Shown piece after piece: positions 21,529-33,371 of a stretch of DNA of 64,000 bases. The notes under the pieces were generated by a model that was not told where the DNA came from, made no database searches, and saw nothing but the letters and a program-made list of their open reading frames with translations. The stretch spans positions 226,137 through 290,136 of the forward strand of contig NZ_CAKVJA010000001.1 of the NCBI RefSeq assembly GCF_934754925.1. The letters are read 5' to 3'. Positions within the stretch are counted from its first letter, which is position 1. Every line of letters begins with the position of its first letter. The translations under genes were made by a program, and so were the position numbers. The stretch is from an uncultured Clostridium sp. Its GTDB lineage: Bacteria > Bacillota > Clostridia > Clostridiales > Clostridiaceae.

Positions 21529-22905
21529 CTAAATATAAATATCTCTTTCCCCTGATTTTAATTTAATTATTCCATCATTAATGAATTTTCTTATAGCTTC
21601 ATTATTTATTTTTTCAGCTTCTTTCATTACTAATTTCTCTGCCTTTTTACATGTACTTTCATCACCATAATCCAACGCATATTCCATTAAAGTCATCAAT
21701 GCATTTGGCTCACACATTTTTTGAATTTCTCCAGTTTTTGCAAGGCCCATAAAGGTCTCTCCTGTTCTTCCTTTTCTGTAACATGCTGTACAATAGCTAG
21801 GTATATATCCCTCATCCAATAACCAGTTTAAAACTTCTATTGGCGTTCTTTCATCTGATGTTTTAAACTGTTCTACGGTCTTTCCTTCTTCTCTTTGTTT
21901 ATATCCGCCTACACCTGTTGAAGAACCAGAGCTTACTTGAGTTACTCCAAATTTCAGTGCTTCTCTTCTCATTTCTTCATCTTCTCTTGTAGACATAATT
22001 ATTCCTGTAAAAGGAACTGCAATTCTAATTATAGCAACTACCTTTTTAAACATTTCATCACTTAAAAGATTAGGGAAATTTCCTAAAGTAACTCCTTCAG
22101 CTTCTCTAAGTCTTGGAACTGATATAGTGTGAAAACCTACTCCAAATTCTTTTTCAAGATGCTCATTGTGCATCATTAATGATAAAACTTCAAATTTGGG
22201 GTCTGATAGGCCAAATAATACTCCTCCACCAACATCTTCAATTCCAGCTTCCATTGCTCTATCAAAAGCATTTAAATGATATTCATAGCTAGATTTTAAT
22301 GAATTAGGATGCATTACATCATAAGTTGGTTTATGATATGTTTCTTGAAATAAAATATAGGTCCCTATATTTGCCTCTTTAAGTTTTTTATAATTTTCAA
22401 CTGTAGTTGCTGCAATATTTACATTAACCCTTCTTATATTTCCATTTTCGTTTTGAGTTTTATAAATCGTGTCTAAACTTTCTAAAACATATTCTATTGG
22501 AGCATTTACTGGATCTTCACCAAGTTCTAATGCTAGCCTCTTATGTCCCATCTTTTCTAATATCTTAACTTCTTCTTTTATTTCACCTTGAGTTAACTTT
22601 CTTCTATTGAAGCTATTACATTTTTTATAACCACAATAAACACAATTGTTAACACAATAATCACTTATATATAATGGTGCAAATAAAACTACTCTTTTTC
22701 CATAAATAGATTTTTTTATTTCTCCAGCAACTTTAAACATTTCTTCTTCTAATTCTTTATCTTCTAATTGAAGTAATGCTGCAATATCTTTATGAGAAAT
22801 TCCCTTCTTTTCTCTTGCCTTTTCTAAAATGCTTAATATATCCTCTCTAGTTGCCTTCTTTCCTTCCTCTAATAATTTATATACCTCTTCATGATTGATA
22901 TCCAT
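21529..22905 (-). CDS. hydG: [FeFe]-hydrogenase radical SAM maturase HydG
   Basis: CVNNCVYC, FQETYH, HTISVPR, C-terminal CTAC...C cluster motif. Confidence 0.96.
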   Translation of the reverse strand: MDINHEEVYKLLEEGKKATREDILSILEKAREKKGISHKDIAALLQLEDKELEEEMFKVAGEIKKSIYGKRVVLFAPLYISDYCVNNCVYCGYKKCNSFNRRKLTQGEIKEEVKILEKMGHKRLALELGEDPVNAPIEYVLESLDTIYKTQNENGNIRRVNVNIAATTVENYKKLKEANIGTYILFQETYHKPTYDVMHPNSLKSSYEYHLNAFDRAMEAGIEDVGGGVLFGLSDPKFEVLSLMMHNEHLEKEFGVGFHTISVPRLREAEGVTLGNFPNLLSDEMFKKVVAIIRIAVPFTGIIMSTREDEEMRREALKFGVTQVSSGSSTGVGGYKQREEGKTVEQFKTSDERTPIEVLNWLLDEGYIPSYCTACYRKGRTGETFMGLAKTGEIQKMCEPNALMTLMEYALDYGDESTCKKAEKLVMKEAEKINNEAIRKFINDGIIKLKSGERDIYI

Positions 22906-22925
22906 AAATCTTCTACACTTCCTTA

Positions 22926-24056
22926 TTAATTTATTAAAACAATATTATCTAATTTAACTCCATTATTTTTGTTATCAACTAATTTACTATTTATATTTTC
23001 TTTTTCAGTATTACTTAATGCTAAGCTATCTCCACGTGTAATCTCTAAGTTAAATCCTGCAGCATTAATTCTTCTTTCAATACAAACCCTACATTCTGCA
23101 GCTTCATCACCAGTACATATTTTCCCATCATATAATGAATACTTTTCTCTAACATTAGTTGGTGAAAGATTTGGCATTACAACATTGGCACCAGCTTTAA
23201 GACCTTTTTCACGACCAAGTGGATCAACACTTCCAAGAGCTGTAGTTGCTGGTAATAAAATTTTAGGCAACATTAATCTAACTAAAGCTAGCATAGTTAT
23301 AGTTTTCTCTAGAGTTCCACCTTTTTCATTAGCAAGTGGCGTATCCTTATGTGGAATAAATGGACCAATTCCACACATATGTGGATTTAATTCTTTTAAG
23401 AATATTAAATCATCTATTAAGTTTTTATTACTTTGATTAGGTAAGCCTACCATAAAACCAGCCCCTACTTGATATCCTATTTCTTTTAAGTTTTTAAGAC
23501 ACTGTATTCTATTTTCAAAACTTCCATTTGGATGTAATGATTCATACAAATCCTTACTAGCAGTTTCATGCCTTAATAAATATCTATCAGCACCTGCATT
23601 AAACATCATCTTATATGATTTATATGAACGCTCACCTAAAGATAAGGTTATTGCATTGCCAGGATATTTTTCTTTTATCTTTTTTATAATTTCAACCATT
23701 TTTTCATCCGTAAAGTATGAATCTTCACCCCCTTGTAATACGTATGTCTTATATCCTAGTTTATCTCCTATATCTGCACACTCTAGAATTTCATCTATAC
23801 TAAGCCTATACCTATCAGCTTTATGGTTAGATTTTCTTATTCCACAATATTTACAATCTCTTATACAATAATTTGTAAACTCAATAAGACCTCTTATATA
23901 AACATTTTTACTATAATTTTCTACAGCAACTCTATGAGCCTTTTCTATTAAATACTCCTTATTTTCTTCAGATAAATTATCTAAAAGAAATAAAAGTTCT
24001 TCTCTTGATGCATTAGTTGTACTATATAGCTTGTCTATTATATCTTTTACTTGCAT
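22926..24056 (-). CDS. hydE: [FeFe]-hydrogenase radical SAM maturase HydE
   Basis: RGLIEFTNYCIRDCKYC, YLLRHET, PATTAL, YSLYDGKIC. Confidence 0.95.
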   Translation of the reverse strand: MQVKDIIDKLYSTTNASREELLFLLDNLSEENKEYLIEKAHRVAVENYSKNVYIRGLIEFTNYCIRDCKYCGIRKSNHKADRYRLSIDEILECADIGDKLGYKTYVLQGGEDSYFTDEKMVEIIKKIKEKYPGNAITLSLGERSYKSYKMMFNAGADRYLLRHETASKDLYESLHPNGSFENRIQCLKNLKEIGYQVGAGFMVGLPNQSNKNLIDDLIFLKELNPHMCGIGPFIPHKDTPLANEKGGTLEKTITMLALVRLMLPKILLPATTALGSVDPLGREKGLKAGANVVMPNLSPTNVREKYSLYDGKICTGDEAAECRVCIERRINAAGFNLEITRGDSLALSNTEKENINSKLVDNKNNGVKLDNIVLIN

Positions 24057-24064
24057 ATTTTTAT

Positions 24065-24313
24065 TTAAATCTCCCTTTTAGCAATAGCTGTTTTTACAAC
24101 TACACCATCAATATTACCAAGTTTACCTGTTAAACTATTTATTTCTTCTAATGTACCAATCACAGTAATACTTATAACTGAAATTCCCTCTTCAAAAGGT
24201 ATTCCCATCCTCCCCTTTATACTTCCTCTAAAATTTGAAACTACACCATTAAATTTTTCTTGGCATTCTTTAGGTTCTTCTAATATTGCACTTATAACAG
24301 CTATTTTTCTCAT
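24065..24313 (-). CDS. TM1266 family iron-only hydrogenase system protein
   Basis: GRMGIP and INSLTGKLGNI motifs. First gene of the hyd operon. Confidence 0.88.
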   Translation of the reverse strand: MRKIAVISAILEEPKECQEKFNGVVSNFRGSIKGRMGIPFEEGISVISITVIGTLEEINSLTGKLGNIDGVVVKTAIAKREI

Positions 24314-24340
24314 AATTCTCATCCTCCAAATTTTCACTAT

Positions 24341-24379
24341 AAAAAAAGCTAGCTTTCTTAATCAAAAAGAAAGCTAGCT
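24341..24379 (-). terminator. Intrinsic terminator inside the hyd operon 5' leader
   Basis: 13-bp stem AGCTAGCTTTCTT/AAGAAAGCTAGCT followed by a T-run, ending about 28 nt before the TM1266 start codon. Confidence 0.8.
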
Positions 24380-24530
24380 AAATAATATATATAAACGAAA
24401 AGAGGCATTTATATATACTTTAACTTAATTTATTAATCACTCTCTTTTAGATCAGACTTAACTTTTCTATCAGATTCTATTAACACGCTTTTTAATATTA
24501 TATTATTTTTGTAAATAAATTCATATTTAA

Positions 24531-24559
24531 ATCATATACCCATTTGAAATATTTGTCAA
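24531..24559 (-). promoter_or_regulatory. sigmaA-type promoter of the hyd operon
   Basis: TTGACA-17 nt-TATGAT on the minus strand. Confidence 0.75.
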
Positions 24560-24802
24560 TTAAATACATTCTTGGAAATATAATATAATTGTTATTACAG
24601 CCATTAGGGCAAAACAATACCCAGTATGCTACTAATGCTAATTTAGAAGTTTTAAAGATGGAGAATTCTAATAAATCTAATTTAAAAAGTACTATAAGAA
24701 TGAGCCTTAATACAGTTTCATTAATATTTGCTGGAATTACTTGTATTTTAATTAATTATATAATATAAAAACAGAGTTGAAATCTTCAACTCTGTTTTTA
24801 TA

Positions 24803-25462
24803 TTAAGCATTATCTGAATTAAAATTCCATTCAGAATAAAATTCATTTAAAAACTCTTCCATATATTTATGCCTTTTCTCAGCAATTTCTTTTGCTGATT
24901 TTGTATTCATTAAATCTTTTAATTTTAATAATTTTTCATAGAAGTGATTTATTGTATGATTATTTTCACTTTTTACTTCTTCTAGTGAGGTAAAATTAAT
25001 TGGTTTAATATTAGGATCATAAATAACTCTATTTTTATTTCCACCATAAGCAAATGTTCTAGCTATTCCTATGGCACCAATAGCATCTAATCTATCTGCA
25101 TCTTGAACTACTTTTCCTTCTATTGTTTCCTGACTTGAATCTACTACCCCACCCTTAAAAGAAATAGTGTTAATAATTTTTATTATTTTAATTAAATCTT
25201 CCTCATTAACTTGAATCTTTTTTAGAAATACCTCTGTATTAGTAGGATTATTATCATTATTACTTGAAAACTTCCAATCATCTATATCATGTAATAAGGC
25301 AGCCATTTCAACAATAAAGCTATCTGCATTTTCCTTTTCTGCTAAATATCTAGATAGATTATATACTCTTTCAATATGGAACCAATCATGCCCACTCCCC
25401 TCACCATAAAGCTTTTCCTTCACAAATTCTTTTGTTTTTTCTATCATTAATTTTTTATTCAT
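24803..25462 (-). CDS. HD-domain phosphohydrolase (YedJ-like)
   Basis: GHDWFHIERV, LLHD, QDADRLDAIGAIG, HFYEKLL. Confidence 0.92.
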   Translation of the reverse strand: MNKKLMIEKTKEFVKEKLYGEGSGHDWFHIERVYNLSRYLAEKENADSFIVEMAALLHDIDDWKFSSNNDNNPTNTEVFLKKIQVNEEDLIKIIKIINTISFKGGVVDSSQETIEGKVVQDADRLDAIGAIGIARTFAYGGNKNRVIYDPNIKPINFTSLEEVKSENNHTINHFYEKLLKLKDLMNTKSAKEIAEKRHKYMEEFLNEFYSEWNFNSDNA

Positions 25463-25486
25463 TTGTTTATCCCTCCATATAATATT

Positions 25487-28400
25487 TTATTTATATGATA
25501 GTATATTAGGTAAATAATTTTCTAATTCTTCTTTAGTCCAACCACATCTTCTTGCATAATCCTCAGCTTGATCTTTATCTATTAAATTAGAGTTAAAATA
25601 TCGAGAATCTTCTGAAGCAAAATATAATCCACATACTGAAGATACAGGATCCATCATATAACTTTCAGTAAGTTTTACTCCTGTTACATTTTCACCATCT
25701 AAAATATCAAATAATCTTTTCATTTGACTTTGATCAATAAGTGATGGATATCCAAAGGCTGGTCTTATTCCCCTATAGCTACCCTTAAATATTTCCTTCA
25801 TACTTAAGTTTTCATTAGGTGCATACCCCCAATAATTTTTTCTTATATCTTCATGTAACTTTTCAGCAAATGCTTCAGCTAGTCTGTCACATACAAGTTT
25901 TAACATAATTAAATTATATGAATCACCTTCTGTTTCTAACTTCTTAGCATATTCATCTGCGCCAAGACCAGCCGTTACAATGAATCCCCCAAGATAATCT
26001 TCTTTTTGTGAATCCTTTGGTGCAATAAAATCAGAAAGACATAAATACTCACCGTTGTTTTTTTCTCTTTGCTCTCTAAACAAATTAAAAGTTGTAGCTA
26101 AACTTCTATCTTTATTATAAATTTCAATATTATCTCCATTTGAATTTGCTTGAAAGATTCCAAAGATACCTTTAATATTTACAATATTATTTTTTTCTAT
26201 AAAATCTAACATTTTATTAGCATCATCAAATATCTTTTTAGCTTCTTCTCCATAATTTAAATCTTCTAGAATATCTGGATATAATTTCTTCATTTCCCAT
26301 GCTACAAAGAAAAATGTCCAATCAATATATGGTACTAAATCAGATACTTTATAATCATTGACTTCCTTTATACCAATAAAATTAGGTTTAGAAATCTTTC
26401 TATTATTCCAATCTATTTTAAGTCTCTTTTCCCTAGCTTCTTCTAGTGATATCATTTTCTTTTCATATTTATTATAATTATTTCTTAACTCTTCATACTC
26501 TTCTTTAATAGATTTAATATATTCCTCTTTATTCTCACCTAAAAGTTTCTTACATATTTCAACTGTTTTTGAAGCGTCATATCCATATACAGTTGCACCA
26601 CTATAATTAGGAGCTATTTTTAATGCTGTATGTGGTTTTGATGTTGTAGCTCCGCCAATTATTATTGGTATATTCATATTTCTTTTTTCCATTTCAGATG
26701 CTATATGACACATTTCATCTAAAGAAGGTGTGATAAGGCCACTTAGCCCGATTATATCTACATTTTCTTTAATAGCCGTTTCTATTATATCTTCGCATGG
26801 AACCATAACTCCTAAATCTATTATTTCAAAGTTATTACAAGCAAGAACTACACCAACAATATTTTTACCAATGTCATGGACATCTCCCTTAACTGTGGCT
26901 AAAAGAATTTTACCTGCTTTAGATGTTTCACCCTCTTCCTTATCCTTTTCTATATAAGGAAGTAAAAAAGAAACAGCTTTTTTCATAACTCTAGCTGATT
27001 TGACAACTTGAGGTAGGAACATTTTTCCATCTCCAAATAGCTCTCCAACTCTAGTCATACCATTCATTAATGGGCCCTCTATAATATTAAGAGCTTTAGG
27101 ATACTTGCTAATAGCTTCTTTTAAATCTTCTTCAATATATTCAGTTATCCCCTTAACTAATGAATAGCTTAATCTTTCATCTAAGGTATTTTCTCTCCAT
27201 AGGTTTTTATTACTTTTAGCTGTAGTAGTTCCATTTTTATAGTCTTCCGCTTTATCTAATAGTCTTTCTGCCACATCCTTACGTCTATTTAAAACTACAT
27301 CCTCAACTAATTCTAATAAATCCTTTGGAATATCATCATATATTTGTATCATTCCTGGATTTACAATTCCCATATCCATCCCAGCTTCAATTGCATGATA
27401 TAAGAATACTGAATGCATAGCTTCTCTTATAATATTATTTCCTCTAAATGAGAATGATAAATTTGAAACCCCTCCTGAAACTTTAGCATATGGAAGATTT
27501 TCTTTTATCCATTTAGTTGCATTTATAAAATCAACAGCATAATTATCATGTTCTTCTATTCCAGTTGCAATTGCTAAAATATTTGGATCAAATATAATAT
27601 CTTCTGGTGGAAATTTTAATTTATTAACTAATAAATCATATGCTCTAGAACATATAGCTTTTTTTCTTTCAAAAGTATCAGCTTGTCCATCTTCATCAAA
27701 TGCCATTACTACAACTGCTGCTCCAAATTCTTTAACAACTTCAGCATGATTTAAGAATTCTTCTTCTCCATTTTTTAAAGAAATAGAGTTTACTATTGGT
27801 TTCCCTTGAATACTTTTAAGACCTGCTTCAATAACTTCCCATCTTGATGAGTCTATCATTATAGGTCTTGAAGATATATCAGGTTCAGATGCCAAAAGTC
27901 TTAAGAAATACTCCATTTCCTTAGCACTATCTAGTAATCCATCATCAAAATTAACATCTATTATTTGAGCTCCATTTTCAACCTGCTCTTTTGCTATGGA
28001 TAGAGCCTCTTCATATTTTTTTTCTCTAATAAGTCTTGCAAATTTAGCTGAACCAGCTACATTGGTTCTTTCCCCTATATTTATAAAGTTATTTTCTTTA
28101 TTACTTATAACTACTTCAAGTCCACAATATATACTTTCTCTTTTTATTTTAGGAATTGATCTAGGTTGTAATCCTTCTACAGCATCAGCTATTGCTTTTA
28201 TATGACTTGCTGTTGTTCCACAACATCCACCAACTATATTGACCTTTTTTTCTTCTGCTAATTCTCTTATAAATCCAGCAGTTATATTAGGTAATTCATC
28301 ATACTCACCTAAAATATTAGGTAACCCTGCATTAGGATAAACTGATATAAACATATCTTGAGTATTTGCCAATTCTTTTATAAATGGTATTATATCTTCT

Positions 28401-29146
28401 CCACCAAAAGAACAATTTAATCCTATAGAAATAACATTTTCATTTCTAATAGATTGTGCAAAAGCATCTAATTTTTGCCCTGATAAAGTTCTTCCAGATT
28501 TATCAGTTAAAGTACCTGAAATCATTATAGGAAGACTTTTTCCTTTTGTTTTATAAACATTATTTGCTGCAACTATAGCTGCTCTAGCATTTAATGTATC
28601 AAAAATAGTTTCTATTAATAAGCAATCTATTCCACCATCCATAAGTGCAGAAATTTGTTCGCTATAAGATTCTACAAGGTCATCAAAAGTTATATTTCTA
28701 TATCCGGGATTTTCTACATCTGGTGATAAAGATGCTGTTTTATTAGTAGGTCCTACAGAGCCTGCTACAAACCTTGGTTTATTAGGATTCTTTGCAGTAA
28801 ATTCATCAGCAATTTCTCTTGCTAGTTTTGCTGATTTATAATTTAAAACATAAACTAGATGAGATAACCCATAATCTTCTTGTGAAATACTATTTGAATT
28901 AAATGTATTTGTTTCAATTATATCTGCGCCAGCTTCTAAAAAACTTCTATGTATTTCTTTTATAACTTCCGGCTTTGTTATAGATAATAAATCGTTATTA
29001 CCTTTTTGCTCTTTATTAAAATCCCTAAGTAACTCACCTCTATAATCTTCTTCAGTTAACTTAAAGTTTTGTATACTAGTTCCCATAGCTCCATCTAGAA
29101 CTACTATTTTATTTTTTAAAATATCAATTAAATCGCCCCTATTCAT
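25487..29146 (-). CDS. metH: Cobalamin-dependent methionine synthase (full length, with reactivation domain)
   Basis: [39 protein letters not shown]. Confidence 0.97.
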   Translation of the reverse strand: MNRGDLIDILKNKIVVLDGAMGTSIQNFKLTEEDYRGELLRDFNKEQKGNNDLLSITKPEVIKEIHRSFLEAGADIIETNTFNSNSISQEDYGLSHLVYVLNYKSAKLAREIADEFTAKNPNKPRFVAGSVGPTNKTASLSPDVENPGYRNITFDDLVESYSEQISALMDGGIDCLLIETIFDTLNARAAIVAANNVYKTKGKSLPIMISGTLTDKSGRTLSGQKLDAFAQSIRNENVISIGLNCSFGGEDIIPFIKELANTQDMFISVYPNAGLPNILGEYDELPNITAGFIRELAEEKKVNIVGGCCGTTASHIKAIADAVEGLQPRSIPKIKRESIYCGLEVVISNKENNFINIGERTNVAGSAKFARLIREKKYEEALSIAKEQVENGAQIIDVNFDDGLLDSAKEMEYFLRLLASEPDISSRPIMIDSSRWEVIEAGLKSIQGKPIVNSISLKNGEEEFLNHAEVVKEFGAAVVVMAFDEDGQADTFERKKAICSRAYDLLVNKLKFPPEDIIFDPNILAIATGIEEHDNYAVDFINATKWIKENLPYAKVSGGVSNLSFSFRGNNIIREAMHSVFLYHAIEAGMDMGIVNPGMIQIYDDIPKDLLELVEDVVLNRRKDVAERLLDKAEDYKNGTTTAKSNKNLWRENTLDERLSYSLVKGITEYIEEDLKEAISKYPKALNIIEGPLMNGMTRVGELFGDGKMFLPQVVKSARVMKKAVSFLLPYIEKDKEEGETSKAGKILLATVKGDVHDIGKNIVGVVLACNNFEIIDLGVMVPCEDIIETAIKENVDIIGLSGLITPSLDEMCHIASEMEKRNMNIPIIIGGATTSKPHTALKIAPNYSGATVYGYDASKTVEICKKLLGENKEEYIKSIKEEYEELRNNYNKYEKKMISLEEAREKRLKIDWNNRKISKPNFIGIKEVNDYKVSDLVPYIDWTFFFVAWEMKKLYPDILEDLNYGEEAKKIFDDANKMLDFIEKNNIVNIKGIFGIFQANSNGDNIEIYNKDRSLATTFNLFREQREKNNGEYLCLSDFIAPKDSQKEDYLGGFIVTAGLGADEYAKKLETEGDSYNLIMLKLVCDRLAEAFAEKLHEDIRKNYWGYAPNENLSMKEIFKGSYRGIRPAFGYPSLIDQSQMKRLFDILDGENVTGVKLTESYMMDPVSSVCGLYFASEDSRYFNSNLIDKDQAEDYARRCGWTKEELENYLPNILSYK

Positions 29147-29235
29147 TTACTTTCCTGCCTTTACTTATAAGTTTTAGAATAATTATACATTTTTTTAATT
29201 TTATTTACAATACATATAATTACAAAACTTTAAAA

Positions 29236-29553
29236 TTATAATTCATTATATTTTTTACTGTTTCCCCTAGACTTTTCTACTGGATATTTCTTTTCATTTT
29301 TATCCATTTTTTTATTAATAATATCATTTATATCAACATTTAAAGCATCTGCCATCTGTAGACAATAGACCATAACATCAGCTAATTCTTCTTCAACATT
29401 CTGTTTATTATAATTTTCATTATCCCATAAAAATTCTTCTAATAACTCTGCAGCTTCTATAGAAATTGCTTTTGCTAAATTAGAAGGTGAATGAAATTGA
29501 TCCCATTCTCTATCCTTTCTAAATTTTCTTATTCTATTTATTGTATTTTCCAT
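29236..29553 (-). CDS. MazG-like nucleotide pyrophosphohydrolase
   Basis: REWDQFHSP, EAAELLE, EELADV, NEKKYP. Confidence 0.92.
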   Translation of the reverse strand: MENTINRIRKFRKDREWDQFHSPSNLAKAISIEAAELLEEFLWDNENYNKQNVEEELADVMVYCLQMADALNVDINDIINKKMDKNEKKYPVEKSRGNSKKYNEL

Positions 29554-29704
29554 TATATTTACTCCTTTACTATTATACTTTTTATATATTTTACTCTAAA
29601 TTATAAAAATAATTAAGTTTATATTAGTATAGATTATTTTATATAAAGTTCATACTGATTATTTTAAAATCATATTAATAACTTATCTTCTATACAGCAT
29701 AAAT

Positions 29705-29750
29705 ATTTGTTATATAAAATTGTTGTTATCAACAATTTTATATAACAAAT
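29705..29750. repeat. Perfect 21-bp inverted repeat (probable terminator of the GH3 gene)
   Basis: ATTTGTTATATAAAATTGTTG-TTAT-CAACAATTTTATATAACAAAT. Confidence 0.8.
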
Positions 29751-29823
29751 CAATAACCTTTTTTGACGTATATTCTTTGTATCAATTATCTTATAGATAA
29801 CTAAATCATTTCAGATTTATATT

Positions 29824-32091
29824 TTATTCATTTAACAATTTTATAACTTCGTTAAGATCATCGTAAGTAAATACACCACCTAAAAAAACAATTAATTGCC
29901 TTAAAGGAATAGAGTTAATAGTTTCTTCTATTAGTTCTTGAGATAATGATTCTAATGAAGCGTACTCCTTACTTATACTTGTAAATTCATTTTTTGAAGC
30001 ATATTTATCAAATAAAGCCTTTAATTTGATAACTGATTCAGGGTTTGATAAAATATCACCTATTGTACTATTTTCATCATAGATAACAGGTATACTTACA
30101 GTTGACTCAATAAATATCTTTTCTCTACAAACTATATCCCTTGATGATTTACCAATTGCAATATTGAATTCTCCACTTTCTACATACCAATCATTAATTT
30201 CAGTATTATAATAAGAAAAATCACCTTTAGATAACTCAAATTTTACAGTTTTAGTTTCGCCTGGATTTAAAGCTACTTTGGTAAATCCTTTTAATTCCCT
30301 AATAGGCTTAATAACTGTACTTTCTAAATCTTCAATATAAAGTTGAACTACTTCTTTACCAAAAACTTTGCCTATATTACTTATATCTACACATACCTTT
30401 AAAGTTTCTGTATCTTTCATAGACTTTTTATCTAATCTCAAATTAGAATATTCAAAAGTTGTATAGCTTAAACCATATCCAAATGGAAATAATACTTCAG
30501 CATTCTTTTTATCATAATAACGATATCCTACGAAAATTCCCTCCCTGTATTCAACCTTATCCTTTTCACCACCATAAAATATATAAGAAGGATTATCTTC
30601 TAATTTAATAGGGAATGTTTCGGCTAGCTTTCCACTTGGATTTACATCACCATATAATACATCAATAGTTGCACCTCCTACAGCCTCACCGCCTAAATAT
30701 ACTTCTATTATACCTTTAACATTATTTATCCAAGGCATTTCAACTGGTGATCCATTATGAAGTATAACTATGGTATTAGGCTGAACCTTACTTACTGATT
30801 CTATTAAAGTATTTTGGCATTCTGGTAATCTCATATGTTTTCTATCATATCCCTCTGATTCAAAACTATCTGGTAATCCGGCAAAAATCACAGCAGTATC
30901 TACATTACTAGCTAATTTAACTGCTTCATTAATTAATTTATCATCTATAATATCATCATCTATATTATATCCTTTAGCATAAAATATCTCTTGTTTAGAT
31001 TTGACAGCGTCTAAAGCACTTTCTACTTTAAAAGAATTTATATGTGAACTTCCTCCACCTTGATAACGTGGATTTTCTGCAAATAAACCGATAAATGCTG
31101 TTTTAGATTCACTATCTAAGGGTAATATATTATCATTCTTTAATAAAATAATAGATTCACTTTCTATTTTTCTAGCTATTTTATGATGTAGCTCCTTATC
31201 ATATAATGTGTTGGTATTTTTATTTTCTTCAAGTTTATAAATCAAATTCAAAATTCTTTCTACGGCTTTATTAAGAGTATTTATGTCTAACTTTCCTTCT
31301 TTAACAGCCTTTACTATTAACTCATCCCTTAATCCATTAGATGATGGCATCTCTAAATCTAAACCAGCCTCTAGCCCCTTTACTCTATCTTTAACTGCTC
31401 CCCAATCACTAACAACACATCCATCAAAATTCCATTCATCTCTTAATATATCATTTAAAAATCTCTTACTTTCTGAAATTTGTATACCATTAACCTTATT
31501 ATATGAACACATAACTGTCCAAGGTTTTGCATCAATTACTGCCTTTTCAAATGAAGCCAAATATATTTCTCTAAGGGTTCTTTCATCAATTTCAGAACTA
31601 GACGTCATACGCCTAGTTTCTTGGTTATTTGCAATAAAATGCTTAGGACATGTGCCAATATTTTTGCTTTGAATACCTTTTATATAACTACTTGCCATTT
31701 GTGAAGATAAATATGGATCTTCAGAAATATACTCGAAATTTCTTCCACATAAAGGAGATCTCTTAATATTTATAGCAGGACCTAATATAACGCCTATATT
31801 TTCACTTTGACATTCAATAGCTAATATTTCTCCTAACTCGTACATTAACTCGCAATCAAAAGATGATGCAGTTGCGCATGCAGTTGGAAAGCATACTGCT
31901 TTTATACTATTATAAATACCTAAATTATCTCCTGATAATTCTTGTTTTCTAATTCCATGAGGGCCATCACTTAACATAATGTTAGGAATTTTCAATCTTT
32001 CAATAGGTTTCGTATGCCAAAAATCATTTCCCGAACAAAGACTTGCCTTTTCCACCAAAGTCATTTCTGATATAAGCTTTTTAACATCCAT
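29824..32091 (-). CDS. GH3 beta-glucosidase
   Basis: DGPHG, GRNFEY, KHF, VVSDWG nucleophile, ESEGYDR, FPFGYGLSYT. Confidence 0.95.
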   Translation of the reverse strand: MDVKKLISEMTLVEKASLCSGNDFWHTKPIERLKIPNIMLSDGPHGIRKQELSGDNLGIYNSIKAVCFPTACATASSFDCELMYELGEILAIECQSENIGVILGPAINIKRSPLCGRNFEYISEDPYLSSQMASSYIKGIQSKNIGTCPKHFIANNQETRRMTSSSEIDERTLREIYLASFEKAVIDAKPWTVMCSYNKVNGIQISESKRFLNDILRDEWNFDGCVVSDWGAVKDRVKGLEAGLDLEMPSSNGLRDELIVKAVKEGKLDINTLNKAVERILNLIYKLEENKNTNTLYDKELHHKIARKIESESIILLKNDNILPLDSESKTAFIGLFAENPRYQGGGSSHINSFKVESALDAVKSKQEIFYAKGYNIDDDIIDDKLINEAVKLASNVDTAVIFAGLPDSFESEGYDRKHMRLPECQNTLIESVSKVQPNTIVILHNGSPVEMPWINNVKGIIEVYLGGEAVGGATIDVLYGDVNPSGKLAETFPIKLEDNPSYIFYGGEKDKVEYREGIFVGYRYYDKKNAEVLFPFGYGLSYTTFEYSNLRLDKKSMKDTETLKVCVDISNIGKVFGKEVVQLYIEDLESTVIKPIRELKGFTKVALNPGETKTVKFELSKGDFSYYNTEINDWYVESGEFNIAIGKSSRDIVCREKIFIESTVSIPVIYDENSTIGDILSNPESVIKLKALFDKYASKNEFTSISKEYASLESLSQELIEETINSIPLRQLIVFLGGVFTYDDLNEVIKLLNE

Positions 32092-32285
32092 TTTATATTC
32101 CTCCAGTATATTTATTCAATGTTATACTTACTTTTAAATTAACTCTCATTATTATTAATAATATATTCACTTTAGTAGCTTCATTGTTAACTTTTATAAG
32201 GTTTATTATAAAATAAAAAAAGATTATACTAATAATAAATAATTATTAGATACAACCTTTTAATTCTTATGAAAAAATATTAATA

Positions 32286-32486
32286 TTAAATTTTATGATC
32301 TACTTTAAATTTTCTATAAAATGAAAATATACCCGCTCCTATAATTCCTAAAATGCCTCCAAGTGCAAAGAAAAACAAAATATCTTCTACTAAAGCTCCA
32401 ACTATTATTCCTAAAACTACCCCACTTGACAATCCTTTTGTTAAATATTCATAATCCTTTTCTGATAAAATTAATTTCTTCAACAC
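32286..32486 (-). CDS. Small glycine-rich membrane protein
   Basis: Two GxxxG-rich hydrophobic helices. Start codon uncertain. Confidence 0.6.
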   Translation of the reverse strand: MLKKLILSEKDYEYLTKGLSSGVVLGIIVGALVEDILFFFALGGILGIIGAGIFSFYRKFKVDHKI

Positions 32487-32707
32487 TTCTTTTACACCCC
32501 ATACTACATAACTAAAATTTAATTTATACCTATTAGATTTATAAAGCACATAAAAAGTTCCATAAATTTCTTATTTTATATAACTAATTATTAACATTAA
32601 ATATTGACACACAGTTATTATATTTATTTTTGCATATATAGTTACTTAAATTTTAGTATAATTTATTAATCAACCTTACCTTAATTTATAAGCTTTATTT
32701 AACAACA

Positions 32708-33118
32708 TCAATTCATCTTTTTCTTTACTATTTCTTCTAGTATTTCAGCTGCATCTTCTACACATCCTCTACAAGAACGTAAAACTGTACCTGTAGTAAT
32801 TCCTTTTAATTCTTTACATAAAACTGATGTATTTTTTTCTTTAAATCTTCTTTCTATTTCATTTAACAGCTCTATATCTTCCTTAATTGGTTCTGCTGGA
32901 TTTTCTAGATTTACATTGTCATTTAAATAATTAACTATAACATATGCTCCCATTACAGCACCACATACTTTGTATGCACCACCACTATATTTTCTAACCA
33001 TATCCTTCATGGTATCCTCATCCACATTAACTAAATCACAAAAAGCACAAGCTACGGCTTGAGAGCATGTATATCTATTGCTATGCAGCTCTATTGCTTT
33101 ATCTTTTCTTTCTCCCAT
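32708..33118 (-). CDS. C-GCAxxG-C-C family redox protein
   Basis: CSQAV, VCGAVMG, CKELKG, CRGCV. Confidence 0.88.
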   Translation of the reverse strand: MGERKDKAIELHSNRYTCSQAVACAFCDLVNVDEDTMKDMVRKYSGGAYKVCGAVMGAYVIVNYLNDNVNLENPAEPIKEDIELLNEIERRFKEKNTSVLCKELKGITTGTVLRSCRGCVEDAAEILEEIVKKKMN

Positions 33119-33296
33119 TTTGGATCATCCCTTTCTTCATAATAACTTCATTTAATATTATATATATTTTTGGTGTAATTGTCACATTAATACTTTTGTA
33201 TAACATAATACTCCCTTAATAAAACAGCCTTATTATTTTCCCATTTTCATTTAAATTAATAATATAACCTTTTCTTTTTCTTCAATATTTATTTTA

Positions 33297-33350
33297 TTGT
33301 CAACCAATTTTAATACTTTGATTGACAAAATATTTTGCTATCAATATAAT
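33297..33350 (+). promoter_or_regulatory. BirA operator overlapping a consensus sigmaA promoter
   Basis: TTGTCAACC-N14-GATTGACAA (33297-33328). TTGACA(33322)-17 nt-TATAAT(33345). Confidence 0.88.
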
Positions 33351-33371
33351 TTTCCTAGGAGGTAAATTATT

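Noticed and set aside
24358..24408. Tyr/Phe-rich leader peptide MPLFVYIYYLASFLFD in the hyd leader (HydG uses tyrosine)
   Set aside because: No SD at a usable distance, and TAT/TTT codons are expected by chance in this AT-rich hairpin.
24430..24495. T-box riboswitch (AAAGCG...AGAGAG resemblance)
   Set aside because: No GGTGG-ACC T-box bulge sequence is present.
29147..29235. SAM or cobalamin riboswitch before metH
   Set aside because: The spacer is short and AT-rich with no aptamer core.
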